NCBI GenBank assembly: GCA_016839765.1
Contig: JAEOTP010000060.1
Span: 1 to 14,970 of the forward strand
Length of the DNA stretch: 14,970 nucleotides
Direction: 5' to 3'
Origin: Promethearchaeota archaeon
GTDB lineage: Archaea > Asgardarchaeota > Lokiarchaeia > Sigyniarchaeales > SOKP01
A program made the translations under genes and the position numbers. Numbering within the stretch: position 1 is the first letter of the stretch; each line of letters opens with the position of its first letter. Below, piece by piece: positions 14,549-14,970 of the stretch. The notes beneath the pieces were generated by a model. It saw only the letters and a program-made list of their open reading frames with translations, was not told where the DNA came from and did not search any database.

Positions 14549-14968
14549 TTAAATTGACAATAAGTTTATTATCAAAAAAGTAACAAGAAATATAGTCAAA
14601 ATAATTGCATCAGGTTTTCCCATTTCTTTCTTATTAGCTTTAAATTGGAAAAATATTATTAATAATAGGAGAATTATCCAGTTTAATATAAGAATTAGCA
14701 AAAATTGAATGTTAATAGCTATTATAGCACTAATACCATATGTTAGTGATAAATTCCATATCACCTTACCAATCATGCCTCCTAAACCTATTTCAATACT
14801 TTTTTTTTTAATTGATTTGAATATTAATGTTAATTCTTCCACATTTGTTACAAAAGCAATTATAATGAATCCAAAAAACTCTTCAGCTATATGAGTTAAA
14901 ATCATTATATTTTCTGCTGAAAATATAAGTAATTCTCCACCTAAAATTATAAATAATAAACTAAGTAA
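14549..14968 (-). CDS. C-terminal part of a Ca2+/cation antiporter (CaCA, Na_Ca_ex/YrbG-like); partial, continues beyond the window
   Basis: The frame stays open upstream of the tracked ATG to the window edge (LLSLLFIILGGELLIFSAENIMILTHIAEEFFGFIIIAFVTNVEEL...). The alpha-repeat layout 'G..IIAFVTNVEEL.....SIKKK..EIGLGGMIGKVIWNL' matches 'G.TI.A.GTSLPEL......A.KG..DIA.GN.IGSNIFNI'. Confidence 0.8.
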   Translation of the reverse strand, partial: LLSLLFIILGGELLIFSAENIMILTHIAEEFFGFIIIAFVTNVEELTLIFKSIKKKSIEIGLGGMIGKVIWNLSLTYGISAIIAINIQFLLILILNWIILLLLIIFFQFKANKKEMGKPDAIILTIFLVTFLIINLLSI

Positions 14969-14970
14969 AA

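Noticed and set aside
11502-14894. Short ORFs 11502-11780 +, 13966-14166 +, 14709-14894 +
   Set aside because: All antisense to well-supported genes and without motifs.
1-14970. tRNA, rRNA, CRISPR array, transposase or integrase
   Set aside because: No GC-rich structured RNA tract, regularly spaced repeats or recombinase motifs seen.

Overview
AT-rich (about 30% GC by eye), densely coding window that reads as archaeal, most likely Asgard/Lokiarchaeia. This taxonomic call is an inference from a Rab-like fold protein, archaeal TATA/BRE-type promoters and archaeal-type hypothetical proteins. In order, the window holds: the 3' end of a TPR protein; a Rab-like pseudo-GTPase fused to a Cys-rich putative Zn domain; a small very basic protein whose start is preceded by an SD-hairpin-AUG arrangement; a ~730 bp mostly non-coding gap with a triplicated motif; a nucleoside-deoxyribosyltransferase/TIR-like domain fused to a PLD-like (DUF5919-type) domain; a sulfite-oxidase/MsrP-like molybdoenzyme fused to a four-His cytochrome b561-like domain; an SLC13/ArsB/NhaD-type permease; a Pro-rich coiled-coil protein with a steadiness-box-like (ESCRT-I-like) C-terminus; nadE; two hypotheticals; an orphan gamma-class N6-adenine methyltransferase with a Cys4 insertion; a tandem DUF6125/V4R-like protein; a ZIP/ZupT transporter with a candidate DtxR/MntR-type operator next to its TATA box; an amidohydrolase; and the 3' part of a Ca2+/cation antiporter with an atypical ion-binding motif. 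No rRNA, tRNA, CRISPR array or transposase was recognised. All family calls come from motif recognition, not database searches.
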